Shown: one piece after another, positions 19,084 to 29,936 of the stretch
Layout of the letters: each line of letters starts with the position of its first letter
Position numbering within the stretch: position 1 is the first letter of the stretch
Assembly: GCF_000247565.1 (NCBI RefSeq)
Contig: NC_016893.1
Span: 630,001-662,000, forward strand
From: Wigglesworthia glossinidia endosymbiont of Glossina morsitans morsitans (Yale colony)
GTDB taxonomy: Bacteria; Pseudomonadota; Gammaproteobacteria; Enterobacterales; Enterobacteriaceae
Reading direction: 5' to 3'
Length of the DNA: 32,000 bases
Translations under genes and position numbers: made by a program
Notes under the pieces: model-generated
Seen by the model: only the letters and a program-made list of their open reading frames with translations
Told to the model about the DNA's origin: nothing
Database searches by the model: none

Positions 19084-19972
19084 TTTGATGCATAATCCAG
19101 CCTTCTCTACCGGATATTTTTTTACGTATTAATTTACATATCGGAAAATTTGCATGATTTTTTTCTATTAATTGATTTAATCTACAAAATTGAATGCCTT
19201 CATTTTTAGCAAGATATAATAGTTCTTTAAATTCTTTTAAATATTTAATACCTTCTATTTCAGCATGAATAGTATAAACAGAATAATCAGATTGTTTTTT
19301 CATTTGATTAATAATAAAGTTGTTATACTTTTTTAAAGTAGTATGATTATTAATTACTTCATCAAAAGTTGGTAAAGTTACTGGAATTTGCAAATTTCCA
19401 CAGCTTTTATCAGAAAGTAATGGAAAAAATGGTTTTATTCCTCTGACATCACTGTTGTAAGAAAAGTTAAATTTTTTTTGCACTTGCAACGCGGAATCAC
19501 TTGTTCTCCAACCTGGAGCAGCAAAACATAAAATAGGCGAATTTATTATTGATTCTAAAAATTTTTTACCTAATGTAATTTGATTAATAATATTTTCTTT
19601 CCTCCAAGTATCAATAGAATTTTGCCATTCAAAATGATCCCATGCATGTAGTCCAATTTCATGTTTACGAGCAGCAAGAATAATGTGGTTTTTACAGGCA
19701 TCTCCTATTTTTTTGCTTTTTCCTATTAAGCCACAACGCAAAATACTCCATCCATATGTTTTAATAGGATTAATGCGTAACATTTTAATTAAAAATTTTG
19801 GTTTAAATAATCTCCAGAAATGACGTCCCATGTTATCTGGCCCAACAGTAAAAAAAAAAGTAGCTTTAATTTGATAATTGTTTAATATTTCTAATAAATT
19901 TAATACCCCATACTTCGTGCCTCTTAATGTATCTACATCAATACGTAAACCAACTTTTTTTAAATTATTCAA
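19076..19972 (-). CDS. arnD: 4-deoxy-4-formamido-L-arabinose-phosphoundecaprenol deformylase
   Basis: LRIDVDTLRGTKYGVLNLLEIL, FFTVGPDNMGRH, HAWDHFEWQ, CFAAPGWRT; overlaps the arnT start by 8 nt. Confidence 0.95.
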   Translation of the reverse strand: MNNLKKVGLRIDVDTLRGTKYGVLNLLEILNNYQIKATFFFTVGPDNMGRHFWRLFKPKFLIKMLRINPIKTYGWSILRCGLIGKSKKIGDACKNHIILAARKHEIGLHAWDHFEWQNSIDTWRKENIINQITLGKKFLESIINSPILCFAAPGWRTSDSALQVQKKFNFSYNSDVRGIKPFFPLLSDKSCGNLQIPVTLPTFDEVINNHTTLKKYNNFIINQMKKQSDYSVYTIHAEIEGIKYLKEFKELLYLAKNEGIQFCRLNQLIEKNHANFPICKLIRKKISGREGWIMHQNV

Positions 19973-19984
19973 AATAAAAACCTT

Positions 19985-21943
19985 TTATAATTGTAAGAAA
20001 AATTTTATCATATAATTGATAGTATTATTAATTTGAATTTTAGGTTTCCAATCTAATAATTTTTGAGCAATACCAATATTTGGCTTTCGATATTCTATAT
20101 CTTGATAGCCAAAACCATAATATTCGTCACCTCTTAAGTTTCTAAATCCAGAAAATTTAGGAAAAGTATTGCTTGATGTGAATTTTTGAAAAGTATGTAC
20201 AACAATTTTTGCTAATTCTAAAATAGAATACTCGTTTTTTGGATTTCCGATATTAATAATCTCTTGATTACAATTATTTTTTTTATTTTCTATTATCCTA
20301 AATAATGCTTCTATACCGTCATAAATATCTGTAAAACAACGTTTTTGTTTTCCGCAGTTAACCAGATTAATCGGTAACCCGTGAGCTATGTTAAATATCA
20401 TTTGAGTGATAACTCTTGCATGATTCATTTGAGCAATTTTAAAATCATCTAGTCTAGATCCTACCCAATTAAATGGTCTAAAAATTGTAAAAAGTAAATT
20501 ATTTGATTTTCCATAAGCCCAAATAATGCGATCTAGTAATTGTTTAGATGATGCATAAATCCATCTTTGATTTCGTACAGATCCTGTAACAAAATTTGAA
20601 TTAGTTTCATGAAATTCTTTGTCTGTACACATTCCATATACTTCGGAAGTCGAAGGAAAAATTAATCTTTTTTTATATTTAACGCAGTAACGTATAATTT
20701 TTAAATTTTCTTCAAAATCTAATTCGAAAGTTTTTATGGGTTCTTGAACATATTGCATGGGTCTTGCAATAGCTATTAAAGGCAAAATAATATCGCATTT
20801 TTTAACTTTTTCTTTAACCCAGTGAGAACAAGATTTTATGTTTTTTTGTAAAAACTTTATTTTTGAATTATTTATAAATTTTTCAATTAAATTTTTTTTT
20901 AAATCTAAACCGTATATTTTGTAACTGTTACTTTTTAACAAACGCTTTGTAATATGATATCCAATAAATCCATTAATACCTAAAATTAAGATTTTTTTTA
21001 ATATTGGTTTTGATGTTGAATTCGGATATATAACGTATTTTTTATTCTTAATCATAGATAAATGGTATATGTTAGTTTTATTATTAAATGTATGTTTTGT
21101 ATATTGTGCAGAAATAATATTTAATGCTTGAATTTTGCAAGATATAATAAGCGGGTTAATTTTTATTATTAATCCAGGATCGATATCGTACTTTTTTTTT
21201 ATTATTTTTGATTTCCAAAAAATTATTTTTTTGTTGTTGAGATAGCTAAAAGCACCGGGCCAAGGTTTTGTTAATCCTCTGATTAAATTATATATTTTTT
21301 TTGCTGATTGGTTCCAATCAATGAGACCATCTTCGGGTGATCTTTTTCCAAAATAACTAGTATTATGGCAATTTTGAGGTGTTTCACAAAAATTTTTTTT
21401 TAGAATTACAGGAGCTATTTTATTCAGCATATTATAAGCAGCATAACATATTTTTTTATGTAAAGAAATTGCGTTGTCTAGTTTATTAATATTAATTTTG
21501 ACTTGTGATATGATAGGTCCATGATCAATTTTTGTAGTCATACGATGAAGTGTCACTCCGGTTTGATATTCTCCACGTATTATAGACCAATTTAACGGAC
21601 AGCAGCCGCGATATTTTGGCAAAAGAGAACCGTGCAAATTAAATGATCCAAATTTTGGTATTTTTAAAATTTCTGAACATAATATATTACGGTAATAAAA
21701 AGAAAAAATAACATCTGGCTCAAGTTTTTTAAAATATTCGATCCAAATAAAACTGTTAATAGTTTCAGATGTGAATACGGGGATATTTTTTTTTAAGGCA
21801 ATACTTTTTACGGAACTAAAAAATATTTTTTCATTTTTTTGATCATTATGAGTAATTACGCTTAAAATTTTATATCCCGATTTTATTAAAGAAAGTAAAC
21901 CGATGCATCCAATATCATGATAAGCAAATATAATTGCTTTCAT
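19985..21943 (-). CDS. arnA: Bifunctional UDP-L-Ara4N formyltransferase / UDP-glucuronate decarboxylase
   Basis: Formyltransferase motif [12 protein letters not shown]...DHGPIISQ fused to SDR domain [17 protein letters not shown]...[16 protein letters not shown]; 652 aa uninterrupted. Confidence 0.97.
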   Translation of the reverse strand: MKAIIFAYHDIGCIGLLSLIKSGYKILSVITHNDQKNEKIFFSSVKSIALKKNIPVFTSETINSFIWIEYFKKLEPDVIFSFYYRNILCSEILKIPKFGSFNLHGSLLPKYRGCCPLNWSIIRGEYQTGVTLHRMTTKIDHGPIISQVKININKLDNAISLHKKICYAAYNMLNKIAPVILKKNFCETPQNCHNTSYFGKRSPEDGLIDWNQSAKKIYNLIRGLTKPWPGAFSYLNNKKIIFWKSKIIKKKYDIDPGLIIKINPLIISCKIQALNIISAQYTKHTFNNKTNIYHLSMIKNKKYVIYPNSTSKPILKKILILGINGFIGYHITKRLLKSNSYKIYGLDLKKNLIEKFINNSKIKFLQKNIKSCSHWVKEKVKKCDIILPLIAIARPMQYVQEPIKTFELDFEENLKIIRYCVKYKKRLIFPSTSEVYGMCTDKEFHETNSNFVTGSVRNQRWIYASSKQLLDRIIWAYGKSNNLLFTIFRPFNWVGSRLDDFKIAQMNHARVITQMIFNIAHGLPINLVNCGKQKRCFTDIYDGIEALFRIIENKKNNCNQEIINIGNPKNEYSILELAKIVVHTFQKFTSSNTFPKFSGFRNLRGDEYYGFGYQDIEYRKPNIGIAQKLLDWKPKIQINNTINYMIKFFLQL

Positions 21944-22887
21944 TTTTTTTCTCGTGTGTTTGATATATCATTTTTAATAATACGACTTATAATATAAATG
22001 GGACGTAAGTAAATTTTGTTATATATTTTAATGAAAATTTTTTTTATTCCAATAAACAGTAGAAAATTTATTAAAAATATATTTATGTAAAACCTAGTGC
22101 TTACTAAAAAGAAATATAAACAGATTAGCAAAAATACAACGCAATATAATATTTTAAGTGAAATTTGTTTAAGAATTTTTGCTTTTTTTATTATATTTAT
22201 AAATAAACAAAAGCATAAGTTATATATTAATTTAATTAATTTAATATAATTATATTTAGAATATCCGAACTTTCTTTTAAAATGCGAGACTGGTATTTCA
22301 ATAACTTTATTAGCAAACATATTTGCTATAATTGGAATAAAAATATTGTGGGAATTGTATTTTATTATTGCATCTATAATATGTTTTTGATATGCACGTA
22401 ACATGCATCCGTAATCAGTCATATTATTACCTAAAATTTTTTGAATTGCAATATTAACTATTTTTGAACTAATTTTTCGAAATAAATTATCTTGACGATT
22501 TACACGAAATGTACCTATCACGTCGTATCCTTTTTGAGCTGCATAAAGTAGCTTTGGAATTTCTTCTGGTGGATTTTGTAAATCTGCATCTAAAGTAATT
22601 ATTAAATCTCCTTTAGAATGTGCAAATCCTGCCATAATTGCAGCGTGTTGTCCATAATTTTTATTTAAAAAAATTGCTATAATTGAACTGTTAGGTTTAG
22701 ATGCTTCAGCTTCTAAAATATTAGGAGATTGATCATAACTTCCATCATCTATAATCATGATTTCGTATTTTATATGTAATTTAGAGCATACATATATAGT
22801 GCGTCGAATTAATATAGAAAGGTTTTCTTGTTCGTTATAAACTGGAATAACAATCGATATTTTTTTTATTTTTTTTAATTGCACCAT
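21940..22887 (-). CDS. arnC: Undecaprenyl-phosphate 4-deoxy-4-formamido-L-arabinose transferase
   Basis: [53 protein letters not shown]; stop overlaps the arnA start by 4 nt. The C-terminal membrane segment is diverged. Confidence 0.94.
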   Translation of the reverse strand: MVQLKKIKKISIVIPVYNEQENLSILIRRTIYVCSKLHIKYEIMIIDDGSYDQSPNILEAEASKPNSSIIAIFLNKNYGQHAAIMAGFAHSKGDLIITLDADLQNPPEEIPKLLYAAQKGYDVIGTFRVNRQDNLFRKISSKIVNIAIQKILGNNMTDYGCMLRAYQKHIIDAIIKYNSHNIFIPIIANMFANKVIEIPVSHFKRKFGYSKYNYIKLIKLIYNLCFCLFINIIKKAKILKQISLKILYCVVFLLICLYFFLVSTRFYINIFLINFLLFIGIKKIFIKIYNKIYLRPIYIISRIIKNDISNTREKK

Positions 22888-23337
22888 ATATAAAAAGTAT
22901 ATTTAATTTTTTTTTAAAAATAAAATTTTTTATATTTTATATTACATATAATTTTTTATGCAAAATATTTTTATATAATTTATATATGAGTTTTCTTTTA
23001 TAAGAAAATTAAGCTTTTAAAGCAAATATATAATGAAAACTAAATTAAGTTTTAATTATCTATAAAATTTTAAAAAATTTATTAAAAATAATAAATGTAG
23101 ATACTAAAAGTACAATATCATTTTAGATATTTTTTACTGCAAACATGAATATATTGTATTAAATAACTTTTACTTGTATTATATATTAGTTTTAGTTTAA
23201 ATAATATATTTTTTAATGTAAATAATTTAGTTATATTAAATATTTTAATTTCTTTTAAATTCATATTAGTATGTATAAAATGTTATTTAAATGAATAAAT
23301 GCAATACTTTTATTTCTCATATTATTAAGGAATACAA

Positions 23338-24372
23338 ATGAATCAAAAAAACAATATTGATCATATAGCTGTATCACAACAATCTATATTAAAAAAAAAA
23401 TATATACAAGCTGATTTATTTAAGCATATATCTCATTTATTGAAATTAAAAAATGCAGTTATAGTCGCACATTATTACACTAGCCCTGAAATTCAAGAAT
23501 TGGCAGATTCTACTGGAGGTAAAGTAGCAGATTCTTTAGAAATGGCTAAATTTGGTCAACATCATACAGCGAAAACACTATTAGTAGCTGGTGTACGTTT
23601 TATGGGTGAAACTGCTAAAATTTTAAATCCGGAAAAAATAGTTCTAATGCCTACATTAAAAGCTGAATGTTCATTAGATTTGAGCTGTCCGGAAATAGAA
23701 TTCAGCAAATTTTGTGATCAACATCCAGAACGCACAGTAGTAGTATATGCAAATACATCTGCAGCTATTAAAGCACGTGCACATTGGGTAGTAACATCAA
23801 GTATTGCAATTAAACTTATTGACTATTTAGATAGTTTAGGTAAAAAAATTATCTGGGCTCCTGATAAACACTTAGGTCATTATATTCAAAAAAAAACTGG
23901 AGCAGATATTTTAAGTTGGCACGGTACATGTATCGTACATGATGAATTTAAAGCGCATTCACTATACAATATGAAAAAAATATATCCTCAAGCTGCAGTA
24001 TTAGCGCATCCAGAATCTCCAGAAAATGTACTAGCACTTGCAGATTTTATAGGTTCTACCAGTGAATTGATTAAATCTGCTCAATCAATTTCTCAAAAAC
24101 AAATTATAATTGCTACTGATCGTGGAATTTTGTTTAAAATGCAAAAAGCTTGTCCGGATAAAATTTTGTTAGAAGCTCCAACTTCTGAAGTTGGCATGAC
24201 ATGTTTAAATTGTGGCATGTGTCCTTGGATGAAGATGAATACGTTAAAAAAAATTATTAATAGTTTGACTCATGATACAAAAAAGCATGAAATTCATGTA
24301 CCAAAAAACTTACAAAAAAAAGCGTTAAAACCATTAATACGTATGTTAAAATTTGCAGAAAATTTTTTTTAA
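23338..24372 (+). CDS. nadA: Quinolinate synthase
   Basis: [64 protein letters not shown] cluster ligands. Confidence 0.97.
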   Translation: MNQKNNIDHIAVSQQSILKKKYIQADLFKHISHLLKLKNAVIVAHYYTSPEIQELADSTGGKVADSLEMAKFGQHHTAKTLLVAGVRFMGETAKILNPEKIVLMPTLKAECSLDLSCPEIEFSKFCDQHPERTVVVYANTSAAIKARAHWVVTSSIAIKLIDYLDSLGKKIIWAPDKHLGHYIQKKTGADILSWHGTCIVHDEFKAHSLYNMKKIYPQAAVLAHPESPENVLALADFIGSTSELIKSAQSISQKQIIIATDRGILFKMQKACPDKILLEAPTSEVGMTCLNCGMCPWMKMNTLKKIINSLTHDTKKHEIHVPKNLQKKALKPLIRMLKFAENFF

Positions 24373-24580
24373 CAATTTTATAATTATTGCTAATTCATTT
24401 AAATAAATATAAATTTAATATATGTAAAAATAATTCAATTAATTTTTTTTTGAATATATAAAAGAGAATTGTCTATATACTTACAAAAATTGTTAAAACT
24501 ATTATATGAAATTTGCTTATATTAATATTTGTAACAAAAATTATTGCATACTTATATTATTTACACATTATTAGGAAAAT

Positions 24581-25750
24581 ATGAATAGTATAGAACTAAG
24601 ATCCATATTGAGTTTAGGTATAATATTTGCATGTCGTATGTTTGGTATATTTATGATTTTACCTGTTTTAAGTAATCATGGAATGATATTTCAAGGAGCT
24701 ACGACTTCTTTAATAGGCCTTGCTATTGGAATTTATGGAATAACACAATCAATTTTTCAAATCCCATTCGGATTGTTATCAGATAAATATGGCAGGCATA
24801 CATTAATATTAGTCGGATTAATATTAATAGTTTTTGGAAGCATTATTAGTGGTGTATCTAACAATATTTGGGGTGTTATATTAGGACGCGCTATGCAAGG
24901 ATCTGGAGCAATTTCATCAGTTGTTATGGCTTTATTAACTGATTTAATTTGTGAAAAAAATAGAATCAAAGCAATGGCTTTTATCGGTTTAGTTTTTGGA
25001 ATAACTTTTGCAGTATCTATCATTATTGGTCCTATTTTAGCTACATATTATGGAATTCGCAGCATATTTTGGATTACTGCATTACTTGCAGTAATTAGTA
25101 TGTTTTTGATTTTATTTATAGTACCACATCATCAAAAATTGAAAAAAAATCATGATACTAAAATATTTATAAATGCTATGAAAAATATTTTAAATAACAA
25201 ATTAATTGTTTATTTAATTTTTTGTATTTTTTTTCTTCATACAATTTTAATTTCTAATTTTATAGTATTTCCGTTTTTAATTAAAAAAATGGGATATAGT
25301 GAGATAGATCATTGGAAAATATATTTTTTTTCTTTATTATGCTCAACATTTTTTTTAATATTAGTTTTTTCGCGTTATGTAAAAAAAATACAAAATAAAA
25401 TAAAACAAGTACTATATTTTTTTATAATTATACTGTTTATATCTGAAATAACATTATTATTATGTAGTAAAAATATCTATTTTGCTTATTTAGGTATACC
25501 AATGTTTTTTTTAGGATTTAGTGCATTAGAAATAATGCTACCTACATATATAGGAAAGCAGGCTCCTTCTAAATATAAAGGGACAGCGATGGGAATATAT
25601 ACTACAAGTCAATTTTGTGGGGTAGCTTTTGGCGGTATAATAGGAGGTTTATTATTTTCCAATAAAAATGCATTTTTAGTTTTTTTATTTTTAAGTATTA
25701 TGATATTAGTTTGGATAATTTTTAGTTTGAAATTGGAAAAAAAAATTTAA
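24581..25750 (+). CDS. yajR: MFS transporter, YajR-like, lacking the C-terminal soluble domain
   Basis: IGIYGITQSIFQIPFGLLSDKYGR, LGRAMQGSGAISSVVMALLTDL, YKGTAMGIYTTSQFCGVAFGG; located near bolA-tig as in enterobacteria. Confidence 0.88.
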   Translation: MNSIELRSILSLGIIFACRMFGIFMILPVLSNHGMIFQGATTSLIGLAIGIYGITQSIFQIPFGLLSDKYGRHTLILVGLILIVFGSIISGVSNNIWGVILGRAMQGSGAISSVVMALLTDLICEKNRIKAMAFIGLVFGITFAVSIIIGPILATYYGIRSIFWITALLAVISMFLILFIVPHHQKLKKNHDTKIFINAMKNILNNKLIVYLIFCIFFLHTILISNFIVFPFLIKKMGYSEIDHWKIYFFSLLCSTFFLILVFSRYVKKIQNKIKQVLYFFIIILFISEITLLLCSKNIYFAYLGIPMFFLGFSALEIMLPTYIGKQAPSKYKGTAMGIYTTSQFCGVAFGGIIGGLLFSNKNAFLVFLFLSIMILVWIIFSLKLEKKI

Positions 25751-25946
25751 CATTTTAAAATTTTAATAATATAATTAATTAAGAATTATTTTGAATAAAC
25801 AGCAACTAACAATTTTAATAAAATATGCAAATTTCATATTTTTTTGTAAAAAACTAATTAAATATAAAATTTTTTAAATTAATTCGTTTCAAATTAATTA
25901 AATTTACATTTTATATATGAATTAATTTATAAAGGTAATATATATT

Positions 25947-26249
25947 ATGAAAAAAATAATAAAAAAAAAACTTAATGCAATATTATCACCTACTTTTTTA
26001 TATATTCAGAACGAAAGTTATAAACACAAAAATTCAAAAAATGCATACACTCATTTCAGCATCACTATAGTATGCAAAAAATTTAAAAATAAATCGCAAT
26101 TAATCAGACATCAATTAATTTATCAAATTTTATCAAGAGAACTTCGCCACGATATACACGCTCTTTCTTTGCATACTTATTGTGATGTGGAATGGAAAAT
26201 TAATAATCGATGCATTTCTAGTACGCCTATCTGTTATAATTTAAATTAA
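25947..26249 (+). CDS. bolA: BolA family protein
   Basis: NESYKHKN...THFSITIVCKKF..., RHQLIYQILSREL, HALSLHTY; upstream of tig. Confidence 0.92.
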   Translation: MKKIIKKKLNAILSPTFLYIQNESYKHKNSKNAYTHFSITIVCKKFKNKSQLIRHQLIYQILSRELRHDIHALSLHTYCDVEWKINNRCISSTPICYNLN

Positions 26250-26417
26250 GTAATTCTCATTTTAATTTAACATTTTTTAGAAAATAACATTTTGAAGTAT
26301 GCTTAATTTATTTTATAAATTTTAATTCTAATTAAGACTTATACATTTTAAATTTATCAAAATAAATACAGAAATTTTTTTAAAAAATTTAAAAAAAATA
26401 ATATCTAGAGGAATAAT

Positions 26418-27731
26418 ATGAAAGTTTCTATGCAAAAAATTTCAGATATTAAGCATACAGTAGAAATGTTTATTTCATGTAATCTTATTGAAAAAGAAGT
26501 TTCAAAAGCGCTTGATAAAATGCGAAAAACAGCTTGTATAGATGGTTTTCGAAAAGGTAAAATACCCAAAACTATTTTAAAAAATAGATATGAACCATAT
26601 ATACGAAAAAAAGTATTAAACGATTTAATAAACAAAAAATTTTTAAAATTTATTAACGAACATGATATTCAACCAATAGGCAAACTAAATTGTGTTATTA
26701 AAAATTTTCAGGAAAAAAATGGTTGCATTTGTCGTATAAATTTTGAAATTTATCCAAAAATAAATATAAAAAATATTTCACATATAACAATTAATAAACC
26801 ATTAGTTTCAGTGAATCCTGAAGATGTAAACTTTACAATTAATAAATTACGTTCAGAACATGCAAGCTGGATAACAAGTACATTAAAAATCGAAAAATAT
26901 GATCGTGTAACTATTAATATTAAACCAATTCAAAAATATAAAATTTTTCAAGAAGAAATTCGGCTTTTAACTTTTATTATAGGGAATAATACAATTTCTA
27001 CCGAACTTGAAAAAAAAATTATAGGAAAAAAATCAAAAACATATTTTATTTTTTCTTTAAATTATAAAATCATAAATTTAGAAAAAAACAGTTATCATAA
27101 CATGATTCTTGATTTTTTAATAAATATTATAAAAGTTGAAAAAAAAATATTACCAAAATTGGATTCTAAATTTTTTGAAAAAATTAACTTAATTAATTTT
27201 AAATCTCCAGAAAAAATGAAAAATGAATTATGTAAAAGCATTAATATGCAATTAAAATATTTTGTGCATATATACATCAAATATCAATTAATTAATCAAA
27301 TATTAAATGATAATTATATTAAAATTCCAGTACAATTAGTACATGAAGAAATAAAAATATTTTTAGAATCTACATATAAAAATAATTTAAATAAATTTTC
27401 TAAGTTAGATTTTTCGCCATTTTTAAATAAGAAATTAATTGATCGTTTAACATATCAAATACAATCTAGAATTATTTTTCAGAAAATTTTGCATTTAAAT
27501 AAAATACAGATAAATCAAAATGATCTAACAAATATCATGCATAATCTTTTGAAGATTAATAAAATACCCGAGAAAAATTGGAAAAAATATAAAAAAAATA
27601 AAAAATTTATCCAAAAATCTATCGATATCGCATCAGAAAATGCAATTTTGGAAATTATTATGCAACAAGCAAATTTTGTAGAAGAAAAAATTACATTTAA
27701 ATTACTTGTAAAAAAAATAGAACGCAGTTAA
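26418..27731 (+). CDS. tig: Trigger factor (diverged)
   Basis: Ribosome-binding region with DGFRKGKIPKTILKNRYE, between bolA and clpP; 437 aa, colinear with Tig but weakly conserved in the central domain. Confidence 0.9.
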   Translation: MKVSMQKISDIKHTVEMFISCNLIEKEVSKALDKMRKTACIDGFRKGKIPKTILKNRYEPYIRKKVLNDLINKKFLKFINEHDIQPIGKLNCVIKNFQEKNGCICRINFEIYPKINIKNISHITINKPLVSVNPEDVNFTINKLRSEHASWITSTLKIEKYDRVTINIKPIQKYKIFQEEIRLLTFIIGNNTISTELEKKIIGKKSKTYFIFSLNYKIINLEKNSYHNMILDFLINIIKVEKKILPKLDSKFFEKINLINFKSPEKMKNELCKSINMQLKYFVHIYIKYQLINQILNDNYIKIPVQLVHEEIKIFLESTYKNNLNKFSKLDFSPFLNKKLIDRLTYQIQSRIIFQKILHLNKIQINQNDLTNIMHNLLKINKIPEKNWKKYKKNKKFIQKSIDIASENAILEIIMQQANFVEEKITFKLLVKKIERS

Positions 27732-27850
27732 TTTATAAACATATATACATGAATTTATACGATAAAGTAAATAGTATTTAAAATGCTTATATCATATTAC
27801 TCAGTAAACGTCTGATATATAATAAATTTAAAATAAAAAATTTAAAAAAT

Positions 27851-28435
27851 ATGAATTTAATTCCAATAGTGATAGAAAAAAGTATACATGGAGAACGTTC
27901 TTACGATATTTATTCAAGATTACTAAAAGAACGTATAATATTTCTAACTGGAAAAATCGAAGATAATATGGCGAATTTAATTGTTTCACAAATGATATTT
28001 TTAGAATCTGATAATCCAGAAAAAGATATTTTTTTATATATTAATTCTCCAGGAGGATTGGTAACATCCGGAATGTCTATATACGATACTATACAGTTTG
28101 TTAAATGTGATGTCAGCACATTATGCATAGGTCAGGCGTCTTCTATGGCTGCATTAATATTAACTTCTGGAGTGAAAGGAAAGCGTTTTTCTTTACCTAA
28201 TTCACGTATCATGATTCATCAACCATTAGGTGGTACTCAAGGACAAGCGACAGATATTGTTATACATGCTAAAGAAATTTTAAAAATAAAAAAGCGTATT
28301 ATTAAATTAATTTCGCAACATACAGAACAATCAATAGAGATAGTTAAAAAAGATACCGAAAGAGATCGATTTTTTTCTGCTTCAGAAGCAGTCAGCTACG
28401 GTTTAATCGATTCCATATTGACATGTCGAAAATAA
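27851..28435 (+). CDS. clpP: ATP-dependent Clp protease proteolytic subunit
   Basis: [38 protein letters not shown] (Ser), MIHQPLGG (His), [11 protein letters not shown] (Asp). Confidence 0.97.
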   Translation: MNLIPIVIEKSIHGERSYDIYSRLLKERIIFLTGKIEDNMANLIVSQMIFLESDNPEKDIFLYINSPGGLVTSGMSIYDTIQFVKCDVSTLCIGQASSMAALILTSGVKGKRFSLPNSRIMIHQPLGGTQGQATDIVIHAKEILKIKKRIIKLISQHTEQSIEIVKKDTERDRFFSASEAVSYGLIDSILTCRK

Positions 28436-28529
28436 AAATTAAAAATTTAATAATTAAATAGTTTTTTTCAAAAAATTATATGCATCTTTCTATATTACAT
28501 TAATAAAAAGCGAATAGAGGATTGCTTAC

Positions 28530-29801
28530 ATGACAGATAACCGTAAAAATGCTTCAAATACATTTCTTTGCTGCTCCTTTTGTGGAAAAAATCAAAACGA
28601 AGTACGTAAATTAATCGCAGGTATGTCAGTATATATTTGTGATGAATGTATTATGCTATGTCATAATATTATAAAAAAAGAAACACAACAATTAGAATCT
28701 AGTTATGATTTTATTACTTTACCAAAACCATGTGAAATATTTAACTATCTAAATAGTTATGTGATTGGTCAAGAAAAAGCCAAAAAAGTATTATCGGTAT
28801 CCGTTTACAATCATTATAAAAAATTAAAATATTTAAAATTGCAAAATACTGTCGAATTAGGTAAGAGTAATGTATTATTAATTGGTCCAACTGGTAGCGG
28901 TAAAACACTATTAGCTGAGACTTTAGCAAGATTTCTTCAAGTACCTTTTATAATTTCTGATGCTACCACATTAACAGAAGCTGGATATGTCGGAGAAGAT
29001 GTAGAAAATATAATACAAAGATTATTACAAAAATGCGACTTTAATATAAAAAAAGCTCAACACGGAATTATATATATTGATGAAATTGATAAAATCTCTA
29101 GAAAATCAGATAATCCATCCATTACTAGAGATGTTTCTGGAGAAGGAGTACAACAAGCATTATTAAAATTAATAGAAGGCACAGTTGCTTCAGTACCTAA
29201 AAAAGGCGGCAGAAAACATCCTCAGCAAGAATTTTTTCATGTAGATACATCTAGTATACTGTTTATTTGCGGCGGCGCATTTTCTGGATTAAATAATATT
29301 ATTCATCAAAGAATCATAGCAAAAAATAGCATTGGTTTTACTGCGGAAATGAAAAAAAAATCAGAAAAATGTAATAAAAATAACTTGTTAAATAAAGTGC
29401 AACCTGAAGATTTAATTAAATTTGGTTTAATACCTGAATTTATAGGACGATTACCAATACTGTCAGTATTAGAAGAATTAAACATATCAGAATTAACTAG
29501 AGTTTTAGTTTCTCCAAAAAATGCTTTAGTTAAGCAGTATCAATTTTTATTTAACTTAGAAGGAGTAGAATTAGAATTTAAAAAAAATGCACTAGTTTCT
29601 ATTGCTAAAAAATCTCTAAAAAGAAAAACTGGTGCTCGAGGATTAAGATCTATTATAGAATATATTTTGCTAGATACTATGTATTCTTTACCTTCCACGC
29701 AAAATGTAAAAAAAATAATTATTAATGACGGAGTAATTTTAAAAAAAGAAAAACCTATATTGATCTTTAATAAAGATACATTATCTAAATCAAAAAATTA
29801 A
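28530..29801 (+). CDS. clpX: ATP-dependent Clp protease ATP-binding subunit ClpX
   Basis: CSFCGK...CDECI zinc-binding domain, [15 protein letters not shown] Walker [11 protein letters not shown] Walker [12 protein letters not shown]. Confidence 0.97.
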   Translation: MTDNRKNASNTFLCCSFCGKNQNEVRKLIAGMSVYICDECIMLCHNIIKKETQQLESSYDFITLPKPCEIFNYLNSYVIGQEKAKKVLSVSVYNHYKKLKYLKLQNTVELGKSNVLLIGPTGSGKTLLAETLARFLQVPFIISDATTLTEAGYVGEDVENIIQRLLQKCDFNIKKAQHGIIYIDEIDKISRKSDNPSITRDVSGEGVQQALLKLIEGTVASVPKKGGRKHPQQEFFHVDTSSILFICGGAFSGLNNIIHQRIIAKNSIGFTAEMKKKSEKCNKNNLLNKVQPEDLIKFGLIPEFIGRLPILSVLEELNISELTRVLVSPKNALVKQYQFLFNLEGVELEFKKNALVSIAKKSLKRKTGARGLRSIIEYILLDTMYSLPSTQNVKKIIINDGVILKKEKPILIFNKDTLSKSKN

Positions 29802-29936
29802 TCTTAATTTATGAAGATTTTTATTATAAACAATAAATGCATTATTATTTATGGAATTTAATAATTTTATATATAAAATAATATTTTATCGTTAATATTA
29901 AAAGCATATTTAAGCTTATATTCAGAGAGACTTGAT

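Noticed and set aside
17407-22887. Interpreting the arn cluster as a novel or horizontally acquired glycosylation island
   Set aside because: All four proteins match the classical ArnC/A/D/T enzymes and the composition matches the rest of the window. Only the absence of arnB/E/F is unusual.
26405-26635. Minus-strand ORFs opposite tig, clpP and lon, and upstream of lon (26405-26635, 27910-28128, 29867-30130, 30620-30802, 30908-31090)
   Set aside because: They are all antisense to conserved chaperone/protease genes or run into their leaders, and show no motif, plausible start context or paralogy.
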